DNA from: Azolla caroliniana
Taxonomy: Eukaryota; Plantae; Polypodiophyta
NCBI GenBank assembly: GCA_043228905.1
Contig: JBHGNT010000012.1
Coordinates: 7,812,001-7,876,000, forward strand
Reading direction: 5' to 3'
Length of the DNA: 64,000 bases
Part shown: positions 51,066-64,000 of the stretch, piece after piece
How positions within the stretch are numbered: position 1 is the first letter of the stretch
How the letters are laid out: every line of letters begins with the position of its first letter
Position numbers and translations under genes: made by a program
The notes under the pieces: model-generated
Database searches by the model: none
Told to the model about the DNA's origin: nothing
What the model saw: the letters and a program-made list of their open reading frames with translations, nothing else

Positions 51066-51814
51066 GCCCGACAATCGGCTTTGATGTGTCCCGATTTCTT
51101 GAAGTAGTTGCAGATTCGATTGTCTCGGGACTTGCTCTGGCTTCGCTGATTGTTTGGTGGTCGGGAAGAACTTCTTCCCCGGTTGTTTGATCGGTCGGTC
51201 GAACCTTGTACTACGTAAGCTTCATCTGCCGAGTCTTTGGTGAAAGACTTTCTCCGAGTTGCTTCAGTCAGGATTGCGCTCATGACTTCGGAGTACTTAA
51301 CGGCAACTGTTGAAGCATTGCACACGGTTGTAACGAAAGTTTCCCATGAAGAGGGGAGACTAGTCATGAGTATCATTGCTTTGAGTTCATCCTCGATTGT
51401 CATCCCCTGAGACGAGATTTGGGAGCTTATGCTTTCGTACTCGTTGAGGTGTGCCTGAACCGAATCAGATTCTTTCATCCGCAAGTTGTAGAGGCGCCAG
51501 ATCAGATACATCTTCGTTGCAGCGACCTTTTCATAAGTTTCAGACAACATTTTCCAAAGTTCAAAAGTTGTCGTACATGATTGCACTGTGAAGTACATTG
51601 ACTCCGACAAGTGCATCTGAATCGTGGCGCGGACGATTCTGTCCAACTTTAGCCACTCGTTTGCCTTGTATGCTTCTAGAGGATTTTCATTCTCAATCGG
51701 GTCTATCTGGCCCTTGACTATGAGATAGTCCTGCATTTGTTCCTTCAAGAAGTTGAAGTTCGAACCGTCGAACCTCCTTAGACTCATCTCCGATGAGCCG
51801 GATGTTGATGCCAT
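51066..51814 (-). pseudogene. Copia B gag
   Basis: RFDGSNF..MQDYL, LYNLRMKE, SLPSSWETFV, CNY.KKSGHIKADC. Confidence 0.92.
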
Positions 51815-52804
51815 CTGCTTTAGTTTCGGTTGGTTAGACTCGGTTCGGAGTTGACTACGAACCTTAGTGGGGTGAGGCGACCACCCGATATCGTTCTAGT
51901 CGATTTTGAACCCGAGTCGGTTTGGTTTCAAATACTTTGTTGCTGAACTTGCTCGGAGTGACTTCGGTAACTTGAGGGACAGAACCGGTTGGTCTTCCCG
52001 AATGTTGCCGAGTCGGAGTGAGCCCGGTTAGCTTTCGATTGTATGCCGAATACCGATTACAAGAAACCGATTGTTTGGGTTGATTCTACTTCGGGTGACT
52101 GCAACGATGAGAGGGACAGATCCAACTAATCCTCCCGAATGTCGATCAACCGAATGAAGCACGAATTTGGTTGTTGCCAAGAGACCAATCTGCAGCGGGT
52201 GGTTACAACAAGCGAGTAAATAACGTCTGGTGACCTATTCGGATGTCCTTTAACCGAATGAAGCACGATTGGGTCGGGTGTTGCACAGGGAGCTCGCCTC
52301 AAGTGGTTACAATCACAGGAACAGAGTACAGCCGGCTAGCTTACTCCAATTAGTGATTTAACACAGTGAGATGCAAACTTCTTGTTTGTCTTCTCTCTTC
52401 TCTATTCTTCAAGAAGTTACAAAAACATAATGTTGTGGTGTACGATGACGACCGGCAGCAGGTTGAAGAACCTCCAACACTTTGATACCAAATGTTGGGG
52501 ACAAGGTCGTCAGTGCGAAAGAACAAACAACATTTGTGTTGGTGAAGAACCTGCGTATGCGAATGAAACAATATATATAGAGAGAGAGAGAGAGAGATAG
52601 GCACAAAGAACACGTTTTATTTCTCAATAGCAACCGTTACAAATGACAACCAACCAACCTTTACTAAAGGTTACAAAGTCACTATATATAGTGACTATCC
52701 TAGGGCAGCTGCCCTTTATGCTATTTACAGAAATAGCCCAAACTTGGGTTGTCCAAAAAGGACAATGTGAATACGGCCATTATACACTCGTATTCGACAG
52801 CACG

Positions 52805-53951
52805 TACAACACTTGAGAGAGATGCTTTGTCCTGCTGGTCGTTGCTTTGAGGGAGACGGTTCCGGTTCCTTTGGCTAGACATCGAGCATTGTTCCCGACC
52901 ATAACATTGATGGGCTCTTGTAGAGGTGTCCAAGAGTTGTACCAGTCACGATTACTGGTCATATGTCGAGACGCTCCACTATCGAGAATCCAAGAGTCGT
53001 TGACAACTTGAGTGTCAACTGAAGAACACACTTCTTCAGTTGCGACCCATAACTCAAGCTCATCTACGACATTGTTGGTGGCCCGGGCTCTCTCCAAGAA
53101 ATCTTACTAGAACCATTCTTCTCGTCTGCCATCTTCTTCCAACAATCCTTGATTGTGTGACCCTTCTTGTCATAGTAGAAACACGATCCATTGAACTTCT
53201 TCTTCTTTGGTATCCTATTCGCATTGTTTGAATTGGATGCCCCTTTACCCTTAATCCTAGAGACAAATGTTGAATCTTCCCTTCCTTCTCTTGTCTTCAG
53301 TTGAAGCTCCTCTTCAAGCAGCATTGCACTTAGTTCATCAAATTTTAAAGGAGTGGGTCAAACTTGAGTGTTCAATGCTATCACAATGCCATCATACTTG
53401 AAAGGAAGTACTCGAATGCACCGACGAGCCATATCCTCTGGAGAGACAACTACTCCAACAGCCGCCAGCTGATCTTGAAGATCCTTAATCCTTTTTACAA
53501 AGGATTCTACTTTCTCTCCATCAACAAGCTTCTCTGCAGCAAGCTTATTTTTGAGGTTTTGTATCCTTGTATAATTTATGGTTTCATACTAGCTGGCCAA
53601 TATGCTCCAAGCTTCATGTGCCTTGGTTGTATGTTGTGCTAATGTCAGTACAGAGTCACATAGACCAGTGACTATGGTACACAACGCATCAACATTCCTT
53701 CTCTTCCAGGCTCGAAGTAGATTAGCATTTGGAGGGATTGATGTGGTAGGGTGTGCAGGGTCAAAGGTCGCCATGGGCTCAGGGTCTCCTCCTGTGGGTC
53801 CCATGATTGTCTCCAACAACTCGTAGGAGTCCAAAATGGTAGACATTTTGAACTTCCATAGAGTGTAGTTGGTTCCATCTAGCTTTCCATTAGACAATGG
53901 AGGTAGGCAAATGTGCAGTGGAGCAGCTACAACATTCGTGGACAAGGCCAT
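52805..53951 (-). pseudogene. Copia A gag and protease
   Basis: KLDGTNYTLWKFKM, CFYYDKKGHTIKDC, WILDSGASRHMT. Confidence 0.92.
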
Positions 53952-53953
53952 TG

Positions 53954-54006
<53 letters not shown>

Positions 54007-54713
54007 ATTTCTTTGTGCTGCTAGACAACAACTACCCATATACACCTAATCTAGATCAACCTTGCTCTGATACCATGTTAGGAATATTGAGAATTGATTA
54101 GATAGGTATATAGAGTTACAATTACAAAGATGGATATATGAAAACAAAACTTCTATTACATATGAGAGTAGCTCACAATGGTAGTTTACCCATGCGCTCA
54201 CACCTTAGAGCTTAGATAGGATATGGACCAGCTCACTACAAAATTAGTGGGGACTGATGATCAATCTAGCCACTGTGTAAGAAAGTGGATTATATTCTAT
54301 GTTTGGTCTGAGTATAACATTAAATGTGCAAGTCAGTTGATAGTAGTGGAGATATTCCTTTTTTGTCAACTAACTTGTCATTTAATATGACCCAATTCCC
54401 TAGATATAGGCCAATGCTAGATAGTACTTATATTGAAGTCAATGGCACATACTTCAAGACTAAGTTCATCGTAACTTGCCCACGAAATATTATAGTTGAC
54501 TTGATTAGCCAATCTTATTACCTATTTCGCTCTTTCCTAAATACATTGTGTCCTACACATCTACGGTTTCCTAGATTAACACCTTATCAACCCATATGGT
54601 CGAGTTGCACACTAGTCGCTAATCATTTGGGGTGTTATCACAAAATGTGCACTCTAAGAGCACATATGGGGATAGATTTACAACTTCATGTTGATCATTG
54701 ATTATATCTAACA

Positions 54714-55197
54714 GTAAAGCCTTCTTCTTGTGCATTCGTTTGTCTTGTGACTAGGGGTTTATTCGGGCTTGCCCATGCACCTCTCCTTTTCACAAAGATG
54801 TTCGAACATTCGTTTCTTCTGTGTGTTGTTCCTCTTGTGTGTTCGTTCGTCTTGTGACGAGGGGTTGATTCGGGCTTGCCTATGCACCTTGCCTTTTCGC
54901 AAAGGCATTTGAACTTTTGTGCCTTGTCTATGTAAGCCTTCCTCTCGTGCATTTGTTCGTTTTGTGGCTAGGGGTTGATTCGGGCTTGCCTATGCACCTT
55001 GCCTTTTCGCAAAGGCATTTGAACTTTTGTGCCTTGTCTAAGTAAGCCTTCCTCTCGTGCATTTGTTCGTTTTGTGGCTAGGGGTTGATTCGGGTTTGCC
55101 CATGCATCTCTCCTTTTCACAGAATGATCGAGCAACCGTGTTGTGCGTGTGAGCCCTAAATCCTTCCAATCCAAAACCTTGATAGCTCCGTCTCACA
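54714..55197 (+). repeat. Right part of the LTR-like repeat with 110-bp tandem units
   Basis: AGGGGTTGATTCGGG at 54860, 54970 and 55080; same units as 15172-15491. Confidence 0.8.
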
Positions 55198-55199
55198 AT

Positions 55200-55500
55200 C
55201 CACACTTAGTGACGGATTTTCATGACAATGTGATCAAATCCCTCCATACACTTGCATATTCAATACCTTTAGCAAAAATGTCTCTTCATGCGTAATATAT
55301 ATGGCATATGCGATCCAATCTACTCCAAGTTTGTCTGTATTGTGTAGATTGAAATTTATAACCAAAATCAATTCCATTTATCAAACTCAATGCATCATAC
55401 CTTAAGGCCTCCACCATCAACAAGTCTAAAACCGCTCGTTTAGGGACATCCATCAAACTATGCATTGAAGTAGATTGGGCCACATCATTGTCACATATTT
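55200..55500 (-). pseudogene. L1-type endonuclease remnant
   Basis: FQSTQYRQTWSRLDRI followed by a DH-like motif. Confidence 0.5.
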
Positions 55501-57266
55501 TTAGCTCCTAATCAACATTTACATACTCTCTAAACCAAGGAAAAATATTTAGGATTGTAATTGGAATTGTGATTGAATACATTTTGTACTACCATGTGGC
55601 GTATCAATAAGTCATTGTGTTGATGGAAATGAGGAGTCAAAGAGGTGTGGAAGATTAGGTTGCATCTTGAGGATGATTTATTTCTATGGTGATGATTAGG
55701 TGGGATCTTGCACATTGGTGTGTGTTGTTGCTATCAAGGAAACTTGTGTTTGGTCACTTGTAGGAAACATGGAAACGTTTTTCATCTACTTGGGAGTCGT
55801 CCATATGCGTTTTTTTTCTCAACAATTTATTCAATCTCTAGTTTACAAATCCCTTGGTCATCAAATTTAAATGTTCTTGTGTCGTTGTGGAATTTACATT
55901 GAGAGCCCAATGTCATTGACCAATTTTATGCATTTTTTATCCTTCTGGATATTTATGAACTTTTTTGCAATAAAATAATGAAATTGGGTAATATGCTCCA
56001 TTCATGTCCATAACAACATGAACATTCAAGTTTTCCATCTATGAATCCTTTTATATCTACCATGACATTGGCAGGTACATTTATTCCCTATTATTTAAAT
56101 TTTTATGATATGATATGCTTTTAATTACACCATTTCCCTAAACCTACAATTTTCATAGTTTTGTATCTCTAATTGAGCTCCCATTCTCCAATCCATATCC
56201 ACGAGAAGAAGGGAAATGGGCTACATCACCTAAGTGCTATTCTTTTCATTAATATATGACCATCACATTGAAGTTCTTTCTTTGAAACATAATCCTATGA
56301 TATAATCACATATTGTCGTAAATGTATTTTAAAGTAATAAAAACTTGTTCAATTATGTTGTGGGGTTTTTGTTTGGTCTTTCAATTATCATTCCCTAATC
56401 TTCTTTAATGATAGTAAAGGCATTCAAACATGTATGAAAAAGTTCTCTATGAAGAACATTAACATTTTTTGATGCACAACAACAAATGTTGTTAGAAATC
56501 AAAATGATAACAAAAGATGTTCAATGATAGCAATCATAAATGACATAGAGTATATTGTACGATTTAACACTCAATTGAATACGGTGACGGTTATTAGATT
56601 GGTGGTCAATAGTCATATCTCAATCCTCTTCGACAATAAAGAAAGAGGCATCCTAGAATGACACACATGTATGACAATGAATGAAAGGTTCTAAGGAAGT
56701 TCATCTCAAAGCACGAAAATAAAAATGAAAGCCAAGTGTCTATGAATAAAGGTATACTTCCATGGACAACATAGATCCAGATATTTTTGACATTTTGCCT
56801 TTTGGGGTCATAGTTAATCATAGAAAGCAAACATTATGTGTTAGAGCAACAATGGGAAATCACTATTTTATATATTACTAATGAAATAGATGATATAATC
56901 TTAAGGTTTATAGTCTAACCAAACATATTTGTTGCTAAATTCAATGTAAAAAAGGTTCACGTTTTACTTTGATATCATTGCAATAACCAAAATCAAACCT
57001 TTTTGCTTAAATTTGGTTTTACAACACAATTTCCATGGCAAAAAGGAACAAAATGAAAACATTGCCTTGTGTTAAAAACAAGACCAATACACGAGCATTT
57101 GATATCAAGTTAAGAGGGCAATGTGTGAAACATAGTCTATGAAAGAGCAATAATTTGTAGCCTTTATTCACATTTTAGGACGAGATTAAACTTGTCAAAG
57201 GACAACAAATAAATGAACTAATCACAACAAGTCATTGTGCCCTAAATGATAACTTATAAGTATTGC

Positions 57267-58600
57267 TTTTATTTATTTATTTTCCAAAAAAAACTACTTC
57301 CATTAGTTAAGGCAATGTATATAGGATAATATACAACTCATATCTTACAGGCCACCTTGCATGTCAAAAGAAAACAATATGTGTAGAGGAAACAACAAAA
57401 ACAACTCCAAAACACCACATCATTCGATGAGCATAGCATTAACCGAACGCATACTCTCTATGTGAGCCTCATACAACCCGAATTCAGCATGACGTCCTCC
57501 ACTCACTTCTCATGGCAACACCCATCTAGATGTTAGGTACACTCGAAGGGAACAACCACCGTGGTGGTTGATAATTCCACTTCGCTTTACCATCCACCAT
57601 CTGCATCATCGACGAAACACTCCATTTCAAAAGGAACCGAGTTCTAGCTTCTTCACTTGCATCAGAGGGCCCTTGAAGACTTTCAAACTCTCCTCGTAAC
57701 GTAGAAATAAGATTAAACGAGATCATCATTAAATTCTTAGCCGGTGGGGTTCACTTACCAACGAAAATCTCATTGCACCTAGATACCCACACTTGACAAA
57801 CCGTAAGGCCGACCACTAATAACCATATGTCCACGTAGCGTTCCTGTAAGAAGAATGAACCCCCTTGCGTTGGTTATACAGTTCCTTGCATCACCTTTAA
57901 AGAAGGACTGCTTCCATTCCACCCTTGAAACCACGAAGCCGATTCAGTGGCCAACCAAGTGCCTGTTGTGCTCGATACATGAACCTCAACCCCGAACCGA
58001 GCCAAGATTCTTAACCTCCTCGACCAAATTTCTTGGGCTTGTGGGCAACACCACAAATAATGTGCGATGTCCTCCAAGCTCGCACTGCAGGCCTTGCAAC
58101 TACTCATGTCACCTCTATTCCCAAGCCACTCTCCCGTTTGAACAACCCGATGGGTGATTAACCAGAAAAACACTTTGACCCGCTCGGGAAGGGATGAGTT
58201 CCATATCCTGCTCCTGGTTCTATCCACGAAGATTGAATAGACAGCTACATTGAGCCCACTTGTTGGCCCACTTCTCACGATACCAACCTAACTTTCTTCC
58301 CAAGCGCGTCGAGTATTCAAAGAAACCTATTGATTTATCTTCTTCTCCCTTCCACGTATATTCAGCGGGATCCCATTCTAAGCACTCGAGAGGCTTGCCT
58401 TCAACCACGTACAAGATCCAATCCTCCTCAACCTCTTTGACTGGTGGATTCACCTTCCATTTCTTTCCATCTCTTGCCACAATTCTAATCGGATACTAGC
58501 TTGCACTTTCATCTATTTATCCCTACTGGACGATCTTCCCATTCTTTCCTAGATCCCTAACATTGATCATTTTCCGGTATCATCACATTGTCCGGAATTC
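57267..58600 (-). mobile_element. 5'-truncated L1-like LINE (zf-RVT C-terminus, A-rich tail)
   Basis: RIWNSSLPERVKVFFWL...CKACSASLEDIAHYLWCC; (TTTA)n at 57267-57283. Confidence 0.82.
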
Positions 58601-60002
58601 TAAACAAACGAACTATTTACAACAAGTCATCGCGTGCTGAATGATAACTTGAAAGTCTTGTCTTTATAGACCATACATATGGAATTTAAACATGACAATA
58701 TTTGGATATATTTGTTGCTTTGCAACATTGAGATAGTGGTTCAAGTCTTGACCAAGGATGTTCGAATAAAATATTTCCTTGTACAAACTCTTTATAATTG
58801 TGCACTAACAATTTCATCTTTAAAATATAAGTTTTACAATGTTAATATTTTTATATAATTGTTATAGCTTTGTCATTATTTAAGATTGGGCGCATATTAC
58901 TAATTTGATGTGAATACATTGAATTTTGACTTTATTTCCATTAAGGCTAACAGTGAAAATATAAATATATACATTTGTTACATGAGAGTAGCGATGAAGA
59001 TGAAAAAGTTGCTCTTTAAGAAAAGACCTTTGATGAAAGCATGAATACAATGGCAAAGAGTAAAAGCTTGATCCCGGGAAGATTTCTAGACTTTTTTTAT
59101 ATTTTGATGCATGTTTCTTCTTAGAGCACAAAACAAGAAAAAGAGCGACGTTTATGAAAGAAGGCATAGAGGATAGAGCAAAGGCTAATCTCGAGAGTGA
59201 ATGGAAGTAATGCTTCTAAACCTTCAAAAATTAGGCACGTGTTTTTACTCAATGACCAATTATAAAAAGAGAAATAAGAGCACCTACTAACAAAGGAATG
59301 TGCTTGATGACATGAAATAAATATACATGAGGATGAACCCCTAACATTTTCTAAACATCTTCACATTTTGGTATATGACAATGCCAAAAATAAAACATCA
59401 TATCAAGGGTATTTGGACAACATACAATGAATATGTCAATGAATTAAGGGTTAATCCTCGACAAAAGTCCATTGCAATACAAAATAGTAGAGTAATGAAT
59501 GACGAGGGAAAGATACTTGATGACAAATAGATACAACATGTCTATGTTTAGAGGTCGAGTCTCGACCTAGATGGAGGCTGTTGGAATGTGCACATGAGTT
59601 GAATTGACTCGTCAAACAACAAAATCAATGATAAGGGATGTTGTTTTCTGATAAGCAAATATATATAACGCGCACGCACACACACATGAAGAGGTTGACC
59701 TAAACAAAGAATGTTGTAGTGTTCATTAGGTCTCTTGATTCATCAATGATGTGGTATCCAACTAATACATTGAGTGTTGATGAATTTGAATTGATTTAAC
59801 AACCATTTGTCATTGAACTAACAAAGAATTCAATGATGCCCATGGAGCTTCTCGACACAGACCTAAAATCAAAGAACAACGTGGTGCTAATGGAGACATG
59901 CTTCTTAAGAATCTACATGATGATAATGTAACAAAGAAACAACCGATGTTGTATACAATTTCATTGGTTCATTAACTTTGACAACGAGGAGTACTTCAAT
60001 GC

Positions 60003-60257
60003 ACTCGGAGTTAGAGACGATTCATCAACTACTTGATACTGATCTAATGAACCCTATTTCAATGTGTCACACGGAGTCGAGTCGAGTACTCGGAGTTAGA
60101 GACGATTCATCAACTACTTGATACTAATCTAATGAACCCTATTTCAATGTGTCACACGGAGTCGAGTCGAGTACTCGGAATCAGAGACGATTCATCAACT
60201 ACTTCATACTAATCTAATGAACCCAATTTCAATGTGTCACATGGGGTCGAGTCGAGT
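60003..60257 (+). repeat. 85-bp tandem repeat, 3 copies
   Basis: ACTCGGAGTTAGAGACG..GTCGAGTCGAGT at 60003, 60088 and 60173. Confidence 0.93.
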
Positions 60258-60504
60258 CATCAAGCAGGCACATCACGGGATGCGCGTGAAGAAAGTGTCC
60301 AGACATGTAATGATTCATCGGCCAAACATGGTAGCCATCTATGGAGCGAAAAGGTCAGGGCAAGACATGGAAGGAAAAAGTTGCGAAGCTTATGGAGTGT
60401 GATTGATGACGGCAGAGCCTCAACAATAGTAGTTGACAGTGGCATCACCTGACACCGATAGAAGTGCGTGCGGCAGGTGTTTATCCAAACAACATAACAT
60501 ACCT

Positions 60505-60591
60505 CATGATGATGATGATGATGATGATGATTGTGATGATAAGGGACACACATGAGAAGGTAGCATAGTTATATGGAGAAGAGATCTTGAG

Positions 60592-60658
<67 letters not shown>

Positions 60659-60945
60659 TATGTATGTATATGGATATGTATACATACATATATGTGTATA
60701 TGTATATGTATATGTATACATACATATATGTGTATATGTATATGTATACATACATATACGTGTATATGATGTGTGATTATGGGTTTGTAGAGTAAAAAAG
60801 CATGGCATAAACAAATAAAATCTCCTCCTCTTCTTCCTTCTCTTCTTCTTCTTCTTCTTCTTCTTCTCTTCAAAAGCCTTACCTTTCATTAGCCTCTCTG
60901 TCTCACTTTCAACTTCTGGGTTCCTTCCTTCCTTCCTTCCTTCTC

Positions 60946-60986
<41 letters not shown>

Positions 60987-60996
60987 AGAGAGAGAA
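60505..60996. repeat. Microsatellite cluster: (GAT)n, (GT)n(CT)n, TA-rich, (CTT)n, (GA)n in the CCR4 promoter region
   Basis: Directly visible. Confidence 0.9.
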
Positions 60997-61502
60997 GAGA
61001 CAACACACATACATACACAGAGAAAGACTCCATAGCCAAACTTCTTCCACAAACCCACACGATGTACTCGAAGGTGCCCACCATGTCCCCCTAATAAGGA
61101 AACCCTGTTCTCACTATCGATCCAAGAGATTGCAGAGATTTCCTCATTTGGGTTCTCCTCCTTTCCCCCTCTGCTTTCGCTCCACAATGACCTAATACAG
61201 AAACAATACAGCAGCACTTCTCTGTTCAAAGCTCCTAAAAAAACAGAGGTAAAGAAAAAGCAGTACAGAAGAGGTCGGACACTTTGTTCCGTCTTCTTCT
61301 TCCTCTCCTCTCCTTTTGTTTTGTTTTGTTTTGACCACTTGATGGCAGATATGCTTCATATTTCACCATCGTTATCATCATCATCATCATCATCATCATC
61401 ATATCAGAAGGTTTTTTCTAGTGGTACTGGTATCAAGGATTCGTCTTCTTCTTCTTCACTAGTTGCTAAATTTGCTCTCATTGTTGTGGTTGAGTGGGAA
61501 GA

Positions 61503-61660
61503 ATGCTGACTGTGGTGCGTGTGCACCTCCCTTCGGATATCCCTATTGTGGGTTGTGAACTGACTCCTTATGTTCTTCTTCGACGACCTGATGGCTCAGT
61601 CACTTCTGAAGATATCCCCGAATCTGCCCCTTCAGATGGGTTTTACCTCAGACATAGATG
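61503..61660 (+). CDS. CCR4: CCR4a/b-like deadenylase, exon 1
   Basis: MLTVVRVHLPSDIPIVGCELTPYVLLRRPD is the characteristic plant CCR4-1/2 N-terminus; GT donor at 61661. Confidence 0.93.
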
Positions 61661-62895
61661 GTATGCTTCCTTTTAATTATATTCTTTTGTTTCTGGTTGT
61701 ATGCTTCTACTTAGTTGAACAACTAATAGAAAGCACTTGTTAAGAGTACTTATGGTATGCCCCGTGGGGCTTTTGTTTTTGGATCCTGAACAAATGCATA
61801 GAAGCATGGGAGAATGGCCGATTAGGATATAGATATGTGCCTTATATATCTTTTACTAGAAGAAAGTCAGAATGAATGATCAGGTTACATATGGTATCTC
61901 TCTTGTAACGTTTTTTTTTTTTTTTTTGCTTCTAATGCACATACATTGAAGCATGATAGGTGACTAATTAAGGTGTAGTATTTGCCTTGTAATTTTTGTT
62001 TTTGTATTAATTTATTCCGAACATAAAAGATAGGTTTTGTTCACTTTATGCTTGGCTAGCTTTATTTTCTAATTTGAAAACGTAATTGAAGCACGGGACA
62101 ATGACTTGTCAGAGTGCATATTATATATATGTATCCTTTCAACTTCTACGCTCAAGGGCATTACCATCAAACATATATAGCGTGTATCTATCAATGCTTG
62201 TGTTTTGCTTCCAGTTTATTCTTGTTTAGCTTTGTTGAATGTCAGAAGTTAAGCAAGTAGGAGTATGGAGAAAGGATTGGTCATGGTAGATTGGTCTCCT
62301 TTAAGTATTTTGTTTTTGGTTTAGTTCATGATTTCTTGGCTCTGTTCACGTTATTGAAACCTCTGAATAGAGATTGGATGACGTGAGCTGTTAGAGTTCA
62401 TATGGTTTGCCTCCTTTAACTCTTAATTTTCCTATGCATGGCTAGATTTTTATTTATTTTTGCTGCCTCTCTGAATAGAGGCATGAGAGAATGACTAGTC
62501 AGGATAAATATGATAATCTCTTGAAATATTTAGTTCTGGTCATTGTTAGGCTTGGTGAATTTTGTGCACTTCATTGCATATATGAATTTTAACCAATTAG
62601 ACTATGGGGAAATGACCAGTAAATGCCTGTTTTAAGCTCATGTAATATGTGTCTTATAACTTTTAGTGTTCATGCTTGGGCTTGCTTTTTTACTTTTATA
62701 TATGAAGTTAAGAAATAGGAGAATGACGAATTGTTGGTCAGGGTAGATATAATTTCTCTTTTAATTCTTATTTTTAAGGGGATTCATCTCAAACGTAGGT
62801 GTTTTTTCCTCTTTACCTTGTACATATGATATGCCTCCTTTAACTTTTATATTTGGTCCTGATTTAAGAGCTTTTTGAACATATTTTGGGTACAG

Positions 62896-63631
62896 GTTCC
62901 GTATCCAAAGTGACAAGGGAATTGCAGTATGCAGTGTACATCCATCAGAACCTGCAACTCTTCAATGCTTGGGATGCATAAAGGCAAAGACAATCAGCAA
63001 AAGCTATCATTGTTCTCCAGAATGTTTCGCTGATTCATGGCGGCAACATAGATCATTGCATGCTCGTGCAGCTAATGCCATTCAGGAGAATGGACCTGAA
63101 GAAGAAGAGCTTTTTGGGGGCTTTAATGGCGGTGGATCTGTAAATTCATCTGTTGGTGGATCAACGTTTCTAGGGTTAAGCAATGGATCTATACCAATTC
63201 TTGTATCGGATCGTGGCGGAAGTGGTGAAACATGGTATGAAGTTGGACGGCACAGAACATATACACCATCAGCTGATGATGTTGGCCATGTTTTGAAATT
63301 TGAGTGTAGTGCAATAGATTCCAGTAGTGGCCAGGCTGTATCCCCAGCAAACACTCTTCTAACTGCAAGAGTGATTCCTGCACCTTCTCCTACACCAAGA
63401 CGAATGGTTCCTCTGAGCTTTATAGATGGATTGTCAGGGCAAGAATCTGAGAACCATACTTCAGCACCTGGGACATTTACTGTTCTATCATATAACGTGT
63501 TATCAGATCTTTATGCCACAAGCGATATGTATAGCTATTGTCCTCCTTGGGCTTTATCTTGGGCTTACAGGAGACAGAATTTGCTACGAGAAATTGTTGG
63601 GTACAAGGCAGACATCTTATGTCTCCAAGAG
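62896..63631 (+). CDS. CCR4: CCR4 exon 2 (MYND-like zinc finger, start of EEP domain)
   Basis: CSVHPSEPATLQCLGC..YHCSPECF, FTVLSYNVL, ADILCLQE; AG/GT in phase. Confidence 0.95.
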
Positions 63632-63765
63632 GTGAGTGAATTTTATCTGAAAAAACAGATATCGCTGTTGTGTGAATTAAAATTTACATAGCATGCACAG
63701 GTACTTTATATCTCTATTGTGTGAATTAATTAACCTAGCATTCACAAGTGCTTTGGTTCTTACAG

Positions 63766-63852
63766 GTCCAGAGTGATCATTATGAAGAATTTTTTTCACC
63801 AGAGCTAGATAAACATGGATATTTTGGTGTCTACAAGAAGAAAACTACAGAG
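63766..63852 (+). CDS. CCR4: CCR4 exon 3 (gene continues right of window)
   Basis: VQSDHYEEFFSPELDKHGYFGVYKKKTTE; AG/GT-bounded. Confidence 0.93.
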
Positions 63853-64000
63853 GTAAATGAGCCAGAGATGTGAATTCATTTTAAAAATCTATGTTTGCAT
63901 GGATTAGATCAAAGTTTATCATAAATAAGTGCAGCTTCTAATGAAGCCAAGGTAATGCCTGAATTGAAGGGTACACATTTGCCTTATTAGCAACCATTAC

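Larger units (their letters stand above)
19064..52799 (-). mobile_element. Copia element B (LTRs 19064-19404 and 52493-52799), TSD GCACG
   Basis: Matching LTRs containing (AG)n; TSD at 19059-19063 and 52800-52804; PBS complement TGATACCA at 52483-52490; PPT complement CTCCCCC at 19405. Confidence 0.95.
15498..54713 (-). mobile_element. Copia element A (LTRs 15498-16135 and 54076-54713), interrupted by element B
   Basis: Two 638-bp TG..CA LTRs, about 20 mismatches by eye. PBS(Met) complement GCTCTGATACCA at 54064-54075; PPT complement at 16136. Gag/PR at 52805-53951, INT/RT/RH at 16253-19062. Confidence 0.95.

Noticed and set aside
60003-60257. Repeat array considered as CRISPR-like
   Set aside because: Units are contiguous with no unique spacers, and the context is eukaryotic.
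60504-60889. ORFs with poly-H, YI and ER repeats
   Set aside because: Translations of microsatellites.

Overview
Plant nuclear DNA, most likely a fern or other non-seed plant (inferred from the retroelement types). Two divergently oriented, intron-containing host genes bracket the window: TTC5 on the minus strand (exons 1-5, ATG at 5846) and a CCR4a/b-type deadenylase on the plus strand (exons 1-3, ATG at 61503). The ~55 kb between them is mostly a nested retrotransposon pile that can be reconstructed from LTR pairs, PBS/PPT and target-site duplications (TSD). Copia A (15498-54713) contains Copia B (19064-52799, TSD GCACG). B contains Copia C (20791-25726) and Gypsy E2 (26301-51065, TSD GCCCG). 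E2 contains Gypsy D, a Tcn1-like chromovirus F, a gag-only tRNA-Trp-primed element G and a sister element E1. LINE remnants, tandem repeats and microsatellites fill the flanks. The most notable observations are: (1) a conserved ~900-aa extra ORF after pol in two diverged Gypsy families; (2) E-family 3' LTRs preceded by a hairpin instead of a polypurine tract; (3) a chromovirus LTR with a perfect four-unit heat-shock element plus a tRNA-like A/B-box module; (4) strong CCGG enrichment in some elements; (5) a Copia with a PBS-like tail and no TSD. All coordinates and counts were made by eye; no searches were run.
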